From contig JAWOCD010000039.1 of assembly GCA_046483985.1 (NCBI GenBank), positions 45,054 through 109,053 on the forward strand: a stretch of 64,000 nucleotides of DNA, read 5' to 3'. Origin of the DNA: Promethearchaeia archaeon (GTDB lineage Archaea; Asgardarchaeota; Lokiarchaeia; Sigyniarchaeales; SOKP01). The notes below the pieces were generated by a model that searched no databases, was not told where the DNA came from, and saw nothing but the letters and a program-made list of their open reading frames with translations. Below, one piece after another: positions 9,530-18,745 of the stretch; position 1 is the first letter of the stretch; each line of letters opens with the position of its first letter. The translations under genes and the position numbers were made by a program.

Positions 9530-10708
9530 ATGAGAGTTATATCGAAAGTAAAGGACGGATTAATCTCGCCCTATATTCTCGCTTTCATCGGCGATCTCAA
9601 TCTTTCTATGATGCAAGTACTAACTATACTTTATGGGGTGATTTTAGGCGCCTTCCCGTGGCAAAATGGCTTTATTGGAGGGGGATATGGACTCTCTTAT
9701 TTAATAATGGCCGCTCTTTTGGGACGATTGGGAGATAAAATAAAACGAAAAAATAGTCTTCTTCTTGCTTTAATTAGTCAACTATTGATATCGCTTTATT
9801 ATATCTTCATAGCATCTACTATAATTGAATTAATTCTCGGTCAAATTGCCTTAGGATGTGCCTATGGTTTTTTTTGGCCTTCTCTTGAAGCATATATCTC
9901 GGAAAGATCTACAGAGTCTCCCGTGGTACATCAAAAAGCAATCTCTAATTTTTGCATTTTTTGGTCTATTGGATATACCTTGGGCCCCTTCCTTGCGGGA
10001 TTTCTTTCGGATTTTAACGTGGAGATTGGATTTATTATGATTTTTCTATTTTATCTTACAGCTTTCATTATTTTATTACTTTTTATCCCCTCCGAGAAAA
10101 ATAATTTGAATCTCTTAGCAAAAAGCCATGAAGGCGAGATTTTCGATGGAAAAAAGAAAGCATTTTCGGATAGTAATCTTGTTATCAAACTTCTAATCGG
10201 AATGCTTATTTATGCTATGTTGGGAAAACTCGTATTGAATTATTTTGCAGATTATGCATCTCGACCGTTGGGTCTTGGCTTAAAAGGAGCAATTGTAGGG
10301 GTTTTATTATTTTCATTTGGCATTGGGAGAACATTCTACTTTATTTTAAGCAGGTATGTGAACTCTTCCTTAAAAAGGCTTAATGTAGCCTATTTAGTAA
10401 TTTCCCTTTTATTAATTTTCTTGGCGTTTGTGGATGTAGTTGGAATAATTTTTGTAATTATACTCATTTTTGGAGTTTGTGCTGGGTTAATATATAAATC
10501 TTCTTTAGAGATCCTGTTGGTCTCCGAAGAAGAAAAAAAAGCTACGAAAGCGGGGCTTTTTGAAAGCATGATCGGTATTGGCAGTGGGCTTTCCCCTATT
10601 ATTGCCGGTTATTTGGCAGAAATAGCTCTTATTTTTCCCTTTTTCATTTTTGGTATAGTAGCTTCCTTAATTTTTTTCATTAACTTGTTTTTTAAGAACT
10701 TTCGATAG
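9530..10708 (+). CDS. MFS transporter
   Basis: About 12 TM helices; motif A GRLGDKIKRK. Confidence 0.85.
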   Translation: MRVISKVKDGLISPYILAFIGDLNLSMMQVLTILYGVILGAFPWQNGFIGGGYGLSYLIMAALLGRLGDKIKRKNSLLLALISQLLISLYYIFIASTIIELILGQIALGCAYGFFWPSLEAYISERSTESPVVHQKAISNFCIFWSIGYTLGPFLAGFLSDFNVEIGFIMIFLFYLTAFIILLLFIPSEKNNLNLLAKSHEGEIFDGKKKAFSDSNLVIKLLIGMLIYAMLGKLVLNYFADYASRPLGLGLKGAIVGVLLFSFGIGRTFYFILSRYVNSSLKRLNVAYLVISLLLIFLAFVDVVGIIFVIILIFGVCAGLIYKSSLEILLVSEEEKKATKAGLFESMIGIGSGLSPIIAGYLAEIALIFPFFIFGIVASLIFFINLFFKNFR

Positions 10709-10846
10709 ATCAAGTCCAAAATTAATTTTTAGTTATATAAAATATACCTAAAATTTCTCTAAAAGATTGATGAAAAGATATAAATAAGAAAGTTAGTTTT
10801 TTTTATGTAGTTATTTTAATCTTTTTTAAAGAAATCATAATGTTTA

Positions 10847-11515
10847 TTGGGGGCTTCTAAGTATATGTTAATCAAATTGCTTTATTGGGGCATGGTATCA
10901 TCAGGAAAAACTACTGCGGTAGATACGCTTTATAATCTCACAAAAGAGGAGGAGGGAAAAGACATGTTTCCCGTTAGTGACCTAACAAAAATTTCAATGA
11001 AAAGTGGAGCAACACTTTATTTCGATCGTGGAGTTTTTCAATCACATAAATTGGACAAATTAAAGTTTCATATTTATACTGTTGCTGGACAAAAGCAATT
11101 CTCCCCTTTGCGCCATAGAGTCTTTAAAGGAACAGAGGGAGTTATTTATATGGTTGATTCTCAAGTCCAAAAGTTTGAAGATAATATTGAGGCTTTGTTA
11201 GAATTAAAACGGGTCTCTAAAGGAAGACTTATTAAAGAAATACCGCTTGTGGTAATGTTAAACAAGCAAGACTTAGATGACGTAATAGAAAAACGCAATA
11301 TTAGACATATCCTAAAAGAAGAGGGTTTATGGTACGAGCCAGATGATCCCCTTGCCACCTGGAATCCCCCAATCTATGAGACATGCGCTCTTTTTGATAA
11401 ACGAAAAAATATTTACCGAAGTTTTTCGGACCTCGCTCGACGTACTTACCTTTACAAAACCTATGGAGAAGGAAAAGCCCCTACTAAAAAACCTAAAAAA
11501 CCAATTATAGAATGA
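10847..11515 (+). CDS. Small Ras-superfamily GTPase, MglA-like
   Basis: G1 GMVSSGKTT, switch I TLYFD, G3 TVAGQ (MglA TVPGQ type), G4 NKQD. Confidence 0.88.
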   Translation: MGASKYMLIKLLYWGMVSSGKTTAVDTLYNLTKEEEGKDMFPVSDLTKISMKSGATLYFDRGVFQSHKLDKLKFHIYTVAGQKQFSPLRHRVFKGTEGVIYMVDSQVQKFEDNIEALLELKRVSKGRLIKEIPLVVMLNKQDLDDVIEKRNIRHILKEEGLWYEPDDPLATWNPPIYETCALFDKRKNIYRSFSDLARRTYLYKTYGEGKAPTKKPKKPIIE

Positions 11516-11598
11516 ATCCTTTCCATATCGGCAGAAAAAAATCCGTTTGTAAAATGTTTTTTTGAAATTTTATATATTTCTTTCTTTAAATTTAATAT

Positions 11599-13242
11599 AT
11601 GCGTATACGAACGCGAGATAATCTTAAAAAGAAGAATATCGCAATTACTTGTCTGTTTTTACTTCCAATAATCGGTTTCGGAAGTTATGCGGGAATGGTT
11701 CTAACGATAGTTACAGATATTTCCTCTTACTCCCGAGATGATATGAAAGAACCCGATACGGATTTTTTTTTTGAAAAAGATGTAATTGACGAGGATATTT
11801 TAGAAGATTTAGTCCATCATTATGACTGGCAATTGGAAAAATATCATATGCCGGCAAATATCTCCGTAAATGCACATTTTGAAAGTCAAGCCTACAAAAA
11901 TGTAACAAATTATGAGGGAACTGATAATGGGCAACTCCATATTGCATATTCCATAGCGGCAAATTGTTTACGATTTAAATGGGCTATGGAAAATAATAGG
12001 AATGATCTGATTGAGAATGCCACCCGCGTGTTAACAAAATTGGTAACAGCCTTGAAAAACACCTTAGCCGCGCCGAATGGGGGTTTCGGAAAAAAGCCTG
12101 GAACAGATGAATATTATCCGGGTACATTGGCTCGATTTGTAGTACCTCCAGGATATCAAGATATTCATCCCTTTATGTATACTGATCACGTTCGCCATTT
12201 TAACGGCACTGGAGAATATAAAAACTGGAGAGTTCGATTAAAAACATCCCGGGACGAATTAGGAGGCTTCTATTTATCGACCGCCAGTGTGTTAAACTTT
12301 ATTATGCCTTATTCTGACTATAATGATGAATGTGAATGGATAGTGGAAACGGTAAAAACAGCAGTGGCTCAACTCATTGAAGGATTTCGAGATACCAATT
12401 GGCTTCTTTTGGGTGGGCATGGTGAACCTGTAGGGTCAGATATTAATCCAGTCTTGGAAGGCAGTACATGGCAGTTAGCGTTATTACGAATAGGGGCAAC
12501 AGCCTATCCAGAGCGGTATGAATCGCTTTATAATTATGTTGCTGCTAAGATACTGAGTATGGGAGGGGCAAATATGGGATCTGTGCATAATACCGTAGAG
12601 GGATACTATGCTTTTTCTTTCGGTTTAGATGTGATGCTCTCTCTCATCTGGTTAGAAGACGATGCTCGACTTCGGTATCATTATATTTCGAATTATGAGA
12701 ACAACTTTTATCCAATTGTACGCTATCATCGGAACAATTTCTTTAACATCGCTCATCTTATCTTCATGAAAATGTTGGATGAGGATCGAGCTGCAGAGTT
12801 TCAGAATCCTGACTACGAAGATGAAACTATACTGTGGGACTTTAAGGATCAATTATGGCGATTTTACTCAAGTGGTTGGGCAGACGGAATAAGAAATTAT
12901 AACCTCACCCAAAGACCGCATTCTACTCGTGCGACCAGTACCCATCCGAAGCTTAGAGAAAAGGTAAGAGATCCTGCAAAAAAGAAATGGCGAGAATTCT
13001 TTGAAACCAGTACTTTCGGGGAATTATTCTCTTGGATTGAGGTGGAGTTTGATTTTGACCAGGAATCTGAAAATTATATATTACCTCTTCGTGTAAGTGA
13101 ATACGGAGTCCACCATTGGCTCTGGGAACATAATAAACTTGATGACGAAGGGGGAACACCTAACGGAGATGGATTAACGCAAGCTGCGCCAAACACCTAT
13201 ATATGCACCTATTGGATGGCAAAAGCGTACGGTCTTCTCTAA
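11599..13242 (+). CDS. Uncharacterised membrane-anchored protein; paralog of 1153..2775
   Basis: 547-aa ORF with the same MRIRTR start, N-terminal TM and shared motifs along its full length. Confidence 0.8.
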   Translation: MRIRTRDNLKKKNIAITCLFLLPIIGFGSYAGMVLTIVTDISSYSRDDMKEPDTDFFFEKDVIDEDILEDLVHHYDWQLEKYHMPANISVNAHFESQAYKNVTNYEGTDNGQLHIAYSIAANCLRFKWAMENNRNDLIENATRVLTKLVTALKNTLAAPNGGFGKKPGTDEYYPGTLARFVVPPGYQDIHPFMYTDHVRHFNGTGEYKNWRVRLKTSRDELGGFYLSTASVLNFIMPYSDYNDECEWIVETVKTAVAQLIEGFRDTNWLLLGGHGEPVGSDINPVLEGSTWQLALLRIGATAYPERYESLYNYVAAKILSMGGANMGSVHNTVEGYYAFSFGLDVMLSLIWLEDDARLRYHYISNYENNFYPIVRYHRNNFFNIAHLIFMKMLDEDRAAEFQNPDYEDETILWDFKDQLWRFYSSGWADGIRNYNLTQRPHSTRATSTHPKLREKVRDPAKKKWREFFETSTFGELFSWIEVEFDFDQESENYILPLRVSEYGVHHWLWEHNKLDDEGGTPNGDGLTQAAPNTYICTYWMAKAYGLL

Positions 13243-13478
13243 TTTTTCTCCTTTTTTTCTTTTATACTTTTAAATATGATATGGCTCCTATTTTCTCTCA
13301 ATTTTAGACCAAAATCTTTTTTGTATGGATGCCTATTTTTGAATACCTTAAATACCTTAAATTATCGGAAAATACCTTATCCTTTAAAAATGAACTGGAT
13401 GAAAGGAATAGTATTCAATTTATAGCGTTTTTGAATTTCTCAAATATATTAAAAAAAGAAAATTTGGAAAAATCTCTC

Positions 13479-14999
13479 TTAGAGTGTACAGTTCATATAG
13501 ACAGGGTAATGATCACTGTAGGTTCGGTATCCATCGTAAGAATCCTTCGGAATCTGGCATTCGGTTACATTAATATGTTCGGATATGAAAATAAAGTCTA
13601 TTCGACTTTTATCTTCTGGGTCTTTTCGTACGTCCCAATCATTTGGGGACGTAGTATCATACGGCAAATAACCCAATTTACTCTCTTTATATTCCCTATA
13701 CCCGTCTCGCATCGGTTTTTTATCGCCGGGATTTTCATAATTCTCTAAGATATCAAAAGATTGACTGTCATTATGCATATTAAAATCACCCATGAGAATC
13801 GTTGGTAATCCTCCACTTAGTTCAGTAATTTTTTGGCTTACCAAAATTGACGCTTTATTTTGCCAATCATCCGAAAAATCGTAATGGGTATTAAATACGA
13901 AAAACTCCTCGCCTTTGCTCTGACCCACTTTGACCTTCAATCGAACCCATGTAACAACTCTGAAGCAACTCCCTTCCCAGGTATTGGTCGGATAATGCGG
14001 AATCTCGGAAAGCCAGAAGGTATCTCCGTCAAGATATTCAAACTTATTATTATCGAAAAAGATGGCGCATGCCTCTCCTCCATGCACACCATTATCTCTC
14101 CCTTTTCCGGTCCATACATAGTCTCTACTTTCTAAATTGCTGTGGATATATTGAATCTGGAAACTTTTAGCCTCTTGAATCCCAAAGACATCCAAATCAA
14201 AACCGTCCAAATAACTAACGAACTCATCTTTCCTGTTAACCCATTGATTTGCGGGATCATCTTCAATTCCGGCTCGCCGGATATTATAGGTCATTATTTT
14301 CAGATCTGTGATCTCTGAGCTTGTTGGACTTTCTGGAGCGGGCTGGTGCGTGTTAGGGGTCAACGAAATAATGAAAATGCTTCCGAATAAAATAAAGAAC
14401 GTCAGTATCGTCACTTTTAGGAGTATTTTAGATCGTGAACTCAATTTTGGAGGCATCTCGAATATCCCAATGTTTTTATATTTCTTGACTAAAAATATCA
14501 CCACACCTCCAACTGCTGCAATTTGTAGGGTCCAGCCATAGATCCACCATCCCAAGAGAAATGCAAAAAGGAGACCGCCAATCGAATAGAGAACTAAAAG
14601 GAATATCTTGAAAAGCAAAAACACCAATATTCCGCTTCTTAGGAGTGTGGAAGGTTTTATCATTTTCTTCTCTTTGGATTTCTTAATCCCCATTGATTTC
14701 CTAACTTTAAGGAGATAGGAGATCGACAACAATACAGAAGCAATTAAGATCATTCCAAGAATAAAAGTATTAAAGAGACCCGCTATATAAATTAAAATAA
14801 GTGGTAAGACTCTTTTTTTCAAGGGCATCTCTACGGTGTTCACATATCGATTATATAAGAACCGACTAACCAAAAAGGTACCCAATTCCAAACTTATGAG
14901 TATTAAATTAAACAGAATAAACAATCCTTGAGGGAGAAAAAAAGAAACTAAAGCATCTTGTAAAGATGGAACAATTGCACCAAATATATCTTTTAACAT
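13479..14999 (-). CDS. Multi-TM protein with C-terminal endonuclease/exonuclease/phosphatase (EEP) domain
   Basis: MTYNIR, GIQE, NTHYD, MGDFN, RIDFIF, YSDHYPV motifs after a hydrophobic N-terminal half. Confidence 0.9.
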   Translation of the reverse strand: MLKDIFGAIVPSLQDALVSFFLPQGLFILFNLILISLELGTFLVSRFLYNRYVNTVEMPLKKRVLPLILIYIAGLFNTFILGMILIASVLLSISYLLKVRKSMGIKKSKEKKMIKPSTLLRSGILVFLLFKIFLLVLYSIGGLLFAFLLGWWIYGWTLQIAAVGGVVIFLVKKYKNIGIFEMPPKLSSRSKILLKVTILTFFILFGSIFIISLTPNTHQPAPESPTSSEITDLKIMTYNIRRAGIEDDPANQWVNRKDEFVSYLDGFDLDVFGIQEAKSFQIQYIHSNLESRDYVWTGKGRDNGVHGGEACAIFFDNNKFEYLDGDTFWLSEIPHYPTNTWEGSCFRVVTWVRLKVKVGQSKGEEFFVFNTHYDFSDDWQNKASILVSQKITELSGGLPTILMGDFNMHNDSQSFDILENYENPGDKKPMRDGYREYKESKLGYLPYDTTSPNDWDVRKDPEDKSRIDFIFISEHINVTECQIPKDSYDGYRTYSDHYPVYMNCTL

Positions 15000-15094
15000 C
15001 TATAAAATCACATTATAAAATTATAATTAATAAGTTTTAAAATTATTATTAATTTTCGCGAAATAATATTTATCTTTAGAACTTTTTGATTATT

Positions 15095-15733
15095 ATGGAA
15101 AAAATCTTACAAAAATTGAAGAAAAATCCGCTTATTGCGGTCGTGGCAATTCCTTCCCCTCATCTTGCAGTACCACTTTCAGCTGCCTTATTGCGTGGAG
15201 GAGTCAACTGTATTGAAATCACATTCCGAAATGAAAACGCCGCAGAGGCTCTATATAATATAAGAGATGCCGGAAAAGAAATTATTGTTGGTGCGGGAAC
15301 CGTACGGACAAAAGAAGATGCTCAAAATGCCATAGACGCTAATGTTGATTTTATGGTAAGTCCTGGTTTAAATAAGTCGGTGATTAAATATGTACAAAAT
15401 AACTCGCCCCTCCCATTTTTTCCAGGTGTGGACTCTACCCTCGGTATTGAAACGGCATATAAACTTGGCATAAAAACGCTCAAATATTTTCCAGCAAGCG
15501 TTGTTGGTGGCGTTAAATGGCTTAAATCAATGAAAGGTCCGTATTATGATATTAATTTTATGCCAACTGGCGGGGTGGGTTTAGATAATTTGGAGGACTA
15601 TTTACGACTTCCGAATGTACTTGCTTGTGGTGGTTCCTTTTTAGCACGCTCTCATCTTATTATAGATGAAAACTGGGCAGAAATTACCCAGACTGCAAAA
15701 AAGGCTGTGGAAATTGTGAATAGACTAAGATAG
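15095..15733 (+). CDS. eda: 2-dehydro-3-deoxy-phosphogluconate (KDPG/KHG) aldolase, bacterial type
   Basis: IEITFR, VGAGTV, FMVSPG, LKYFPA, FMPTGGV motifs. Confidence 0.93.
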   Translation: MEKILQKLKKNPLIAVVAIPSPHLAVPLSAALLRGGVNCIEITFRNENAAEALYNIRDAGKEIIVGAGTVRTKEDAQNAIDANVDFMVSPGLNKSVIKYVQNNSPLPFFPGVDSTLGIETAYKLGIKTLKYFPASVVGGVKWLKSMKGPYYDINFMPTGGVGLDNLEDYLRLPNVLACGGSFLARSHLIIDENWAEITQTAKKAVEIVNRLR

Positions 15734-15796
15734 AACAAATACTTAGAGTTAAAATGAATCAAAAATATAATTAAATATAACAGATGTGAATAAAAA

Positions 15797-16834
15797 ATGC
15801 CAGATGTAATTGTCACCTTAGGAGAATTATTATTACGACTTAAATCACCCGATAGGGAGAGATTTTTTCAGCGTCCTTTATTGGAAGCAACCTTTGGGGG
15901 ATCAGAGGCAAATGTAGCCATTTCATTAGCTAATTATGGGGTTAACGCACGATTTGTTACAGCCTTGCCTGATAACCTTATTGGAGATGCAGCGCTCAGA
16001 TTTGTGAGGTCTATGAACGTGGATACGTCTCAAATCTTGAGACAAGGTCCCAGAGTTGGAATTTACTATTTGGAAGCTGGTTCCGGTCCTAGAGCCTCTA
16101 ATGTGATCTATGATAGGGCCCATTCCTCTATTTCTGAGGCGAAACCAGAAGATTTTGACTGGGATAAAGTGTTCCAGAATGCTTCATGGTTTCATATTAG
16201 CGGAATTACCCCAGCCTTATCTCAGAATGCCGCAGATCTTTCAATTGCAGCAATTAAAGAAGCAAAAGAAAGGGGATTGACCGTCTCAAGCGATCTCAAT
16301 TATCGAAGTAAATTATGGAAATATGGGAAGAACGCACCCGAAATAATGACTCAGATGATTGAATATATTGATGTAGTAATTGGGAATGAGGAAGATGTAC
16401 AAAAATGTCTGGGTCTTGAATTAGGGCAAGATATAGTGGGAACTGAACTCTCTCATGATAAATACGAGAATTTAGCGGAAAAAGTGGTTACTAAGTATCC
16501 AAATGTCAAATACGTGGGGACAAGTTTAAGGGAAGCCCATTCGGCGGATTATAATGAATGGAGTGCTATGCTCTATCCTCAAAAGTTGGGAAAAGCATTA
16601 TTTTCAGAAAAATATCAACTCACCGATATAGTTGACAGAGTAGGTGGTGGAGATTCCTTTGGTGCCGCTTTAATCTATGGATTATTCAAGGAGATGGAGG
16701 ATCAAGAGGCTTTAGAGTTTGCCGTGGCCGCATCAGCACTTAAACATACGATTCCTGGGGATGTAAATCGAGTTTCGTTAGAAGAAGTGGAAAAGCTTTT
16801 GGAAAGCCACGGTTCTGGAAGGATTGAACGCTAA
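15797..16834 (+). CDS. kdgK: 2-dehydro-3-deoxygluconokinase (PfkB family)
   Basis: GELLLRL, FGGSEANVA, DLNYRSKLW, DRVGGGDSF; adjacent to eda. Confidence 0.9.
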   Translation: MPDVIVTLGELLLRLKSPDRERFFQRPLLEATFGGSEANVAISLANYGVNARFVTALPDNLIGDAALRFVRSMNVDTSQILRQGPRVGIYYLEAGSGPRASNVIYDRAHSSISEAKPEDFDWDKVFQNASWFHISGITPALSQNAADLSIAAIKEAKERGLTVSSDLNYRSKLWKYGKNAPEIMTQMIEYIDVVIGNEEDVQKCLGLELGQDIVGTELSHDKYENLAEKVVTKYPNVKYVGTSLREAHSADYNEWSAMLYPQKLGKALFSEKYQLTDIVDRVGGGDSFGAALIYGLFKEMEDQEALEFAVAASALKHTIPGDVNRVSLEEVEKLLESHGSGRIER

Positions 16835-16860
16835 AAAATTTTTAAATTTGATTATTTTTC

Positions 16861-17418
16861 TTATTTTTCACTTTTTAGATAAAAATAGGTATAAATGGGC
16901 TTCTTTTTGGTCTGATGTTTAAGCTTATATTTTTGAGTAAGCAATGATTTACAGATAGTAAGAGGATATTTATGTGCAATAAGTATTGCTCCTTTCTTAG
17001 CAGTTTTTAAGATATGTGTCATAGACTTCTGCATTGTGGGCAGGGAAAAGGCATAGATGAAATCATACTTTCTTATGTCATATTCGAACATATCATCGTG
17101 TTTGAATTGGATGTAATTGAAATTTCTTTGAGGATACTTCTTTTTAATGCGATTAAACGATTCATTTGCTACTTCTATTAAATTATGGTTTATTTCAATT
17201 CCCACGGATTTTATATTATAATGGAATCCGACATATAATACAACTCTTCCATCGCCCGCTCCCAAATCTATAAAGCTCTGGTCAGAATTTTTTTGGAGAC
17301 CGAAATGATCTTCCAATACGTTGAATATAGGCCTTAAGAACACTTGAAATGTTTCTTGAAATGGTAGCGCCAGTTGAGAAGTGAATTCCTTAAATTTTTT
17401 GTAGTTCTCTTCATCCAT
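16861..17418 (-). CDS. Class I SAM-dependent methyltransferase
   Basis: FIDLGAGDGRV motif I, VGIEIN motif II. Confidence 0.85.
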   Translation of the reverse strand: MDEENYKKFKEFTSQLALPFQETFQVFLRPIFNVLEDHFGLQKNSDQSFIDLGAGDGRVVLYVGFHYNIKSVGIEINHNLIEVANESFNRIKKKYPQRNFNYIQFKHDDMFEYDIRKYDFIYAFSLPTMQKSMTHILKTAKKGAILIAHKYPLTICKSLLTQKYKLKHQTKKKPIYTYFYLKSEK

Positions 17419-17458
17419 TTTTCTTGATTTGTTTATATCTTAGGTTTTTGTTTGAAAA

Positions 17459-17581
17459 TCAATCCGATTCTAAACTATTTAGGTGTTCAGACATGTCTTT
17501 ATTATTTTCATAAATATTAACGAATTCCTCGAACAATCTATCATAATTTTCTCTATTTTCTGGATTTGGCTCAAAAAATCC
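17459..17581 (-). pseudogene. C-terminal remnant of an FGGY carbohydrate kinase (xylulokinase-like)
   Basis: Start-less frame FFEPNPENRENYDRLFEEFVNIYENNKDMSEHLN resembles the FGGY terminal helix. Confidence 0.55.
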
Positions 17582-17644
17582 CCTCCTCCAATTAAATTTT
17601 GTTTATAAGAGAAAAGGAAAGTATTAAAGATTAGATGAGGTGAA

Positions 17645-18592
17645 TCACAGGAATTCTGTGAGATTTTTATGACCTTCTTCTCTTTTTCTTTTTTCCAAAT
17701 ACCTTCGAACAGCAGGATATTTTTCGGCTAATTCCTCTGGTGAAGGTTTATAGGTAATATACGGTTTATAAAATTGACCCACACTAACTGATTGTAAATT
17801 TTCCTCAATAATTTCTTTTAAATTCTCATTCATCTCAAATCCGTAAAAATGTCTATAGTTTCCTTTAGCACAAACTGCCGTGGTTCCATTCCCCATGAAA
17901 GGATCTAAGATCAAGTCTCCTGGCTTCGAAGAGAAATCAATACATCGGGTCACCACTTTTTCTGGTAATTTCGTGCTATTCTTTCTCTGCCCGGGTCTGT
18001 ATTTCCTTGGAAGTTCCCAAACATCTTCGGGGTAATGGATAATTTTATTGAAAAAATATTGATCCCCGTCTTTAACAAGAAACAAAATGTGATAATGAGA
18101 GGTGACAAATTTTTTCCGGGTAAATACTCCAAATTGATACTTCCAGATAATATGGTTTACTAAGGTTAAATCTGTCTTTTTTATCGCCATCAAAACATCT
18201 AATAAATTTGTCCAACCCGAGAAAATATATGCAGAACCAGTATTTTTCATAATTCGGGGTAATTCTTTGATCCAATTAAGAGTAAATTGGTCATAATCCA
18301 TCTCAACTTCATTGTATCCCTCCACGACAAATTTTTCATCTCTATTATATTGCGAACCAATTTTATCAAAATCAATTCCAAACGGGGGATCTGCAATGAC
18401 TAAATCTATAGAGGAATCAGGAAGATTTTTCATACCTTTAATACAATTCTGATAATCAATATGATCCACATTTATATCAAATTCGGCATTATGGTATAAC
18501 TCTTCCGTTTCCTTTTTATTCCAATCAAAATCGGGTTTGAAGTCCAACTGAGCCATTCCCGCCTGGTATTTCTTTTTATGGTCTTCATTCAT
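17645..18592 (-). CDS. DNA N6-adenine/N4-cytosine methyltransferase, beta class, orphan
   Basis: Catalytic DPPF precedes SAM motif LDPFMGNGTT; no adjacent endonuclease. Confidence 0.92.
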   Translation of the reverse strand: MNEDHKKKYQAGMAQLDFKPDFDWNKKETEELYHNAEFDINVDHIDYQNCIKGMKNLPDSSIDLVIADPPFGIDFDKIGSQYNRDEKFVVEGYNEVEMDYDQFTLNWIKELPRIMKNTGSAYIFSGWTNLLDVLMAIKKTDLTLVNHIIWKYQFGVFTRKKFVTSHYHILFLVKDGDQYFFNKIIHYPEDVWELPRKYRPGQRKNSTKLPEKVVTRCIDFSSKPGDLILDPFMGNGTTAVCAKGNYRHFYGFEMNENLKEIIEENLQSVSVGQFYKPYITYKPSPEELAEKYPAVRRYLEKRKREEGHKNLTEFL

Positions 18593-18745
18593 TATTTTTT
18601 AAACGTTCGAATTGTGAATAAGATGAATTTGGATTTAGATTAATTTAATTCTCATATTAAGCAATTATTATCATATGATTTTTCAATTTAGCCGAGCCAA
18701 GCAAAAAGTTTTCGAGAGGTAAATAATATATTTCTCCTTGAAGGT

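Noticed and set aside
13329-13748. 139-aa plus-strand ORF
   Set aside because: Mostly antisense to the conserved EEP C-terminus.
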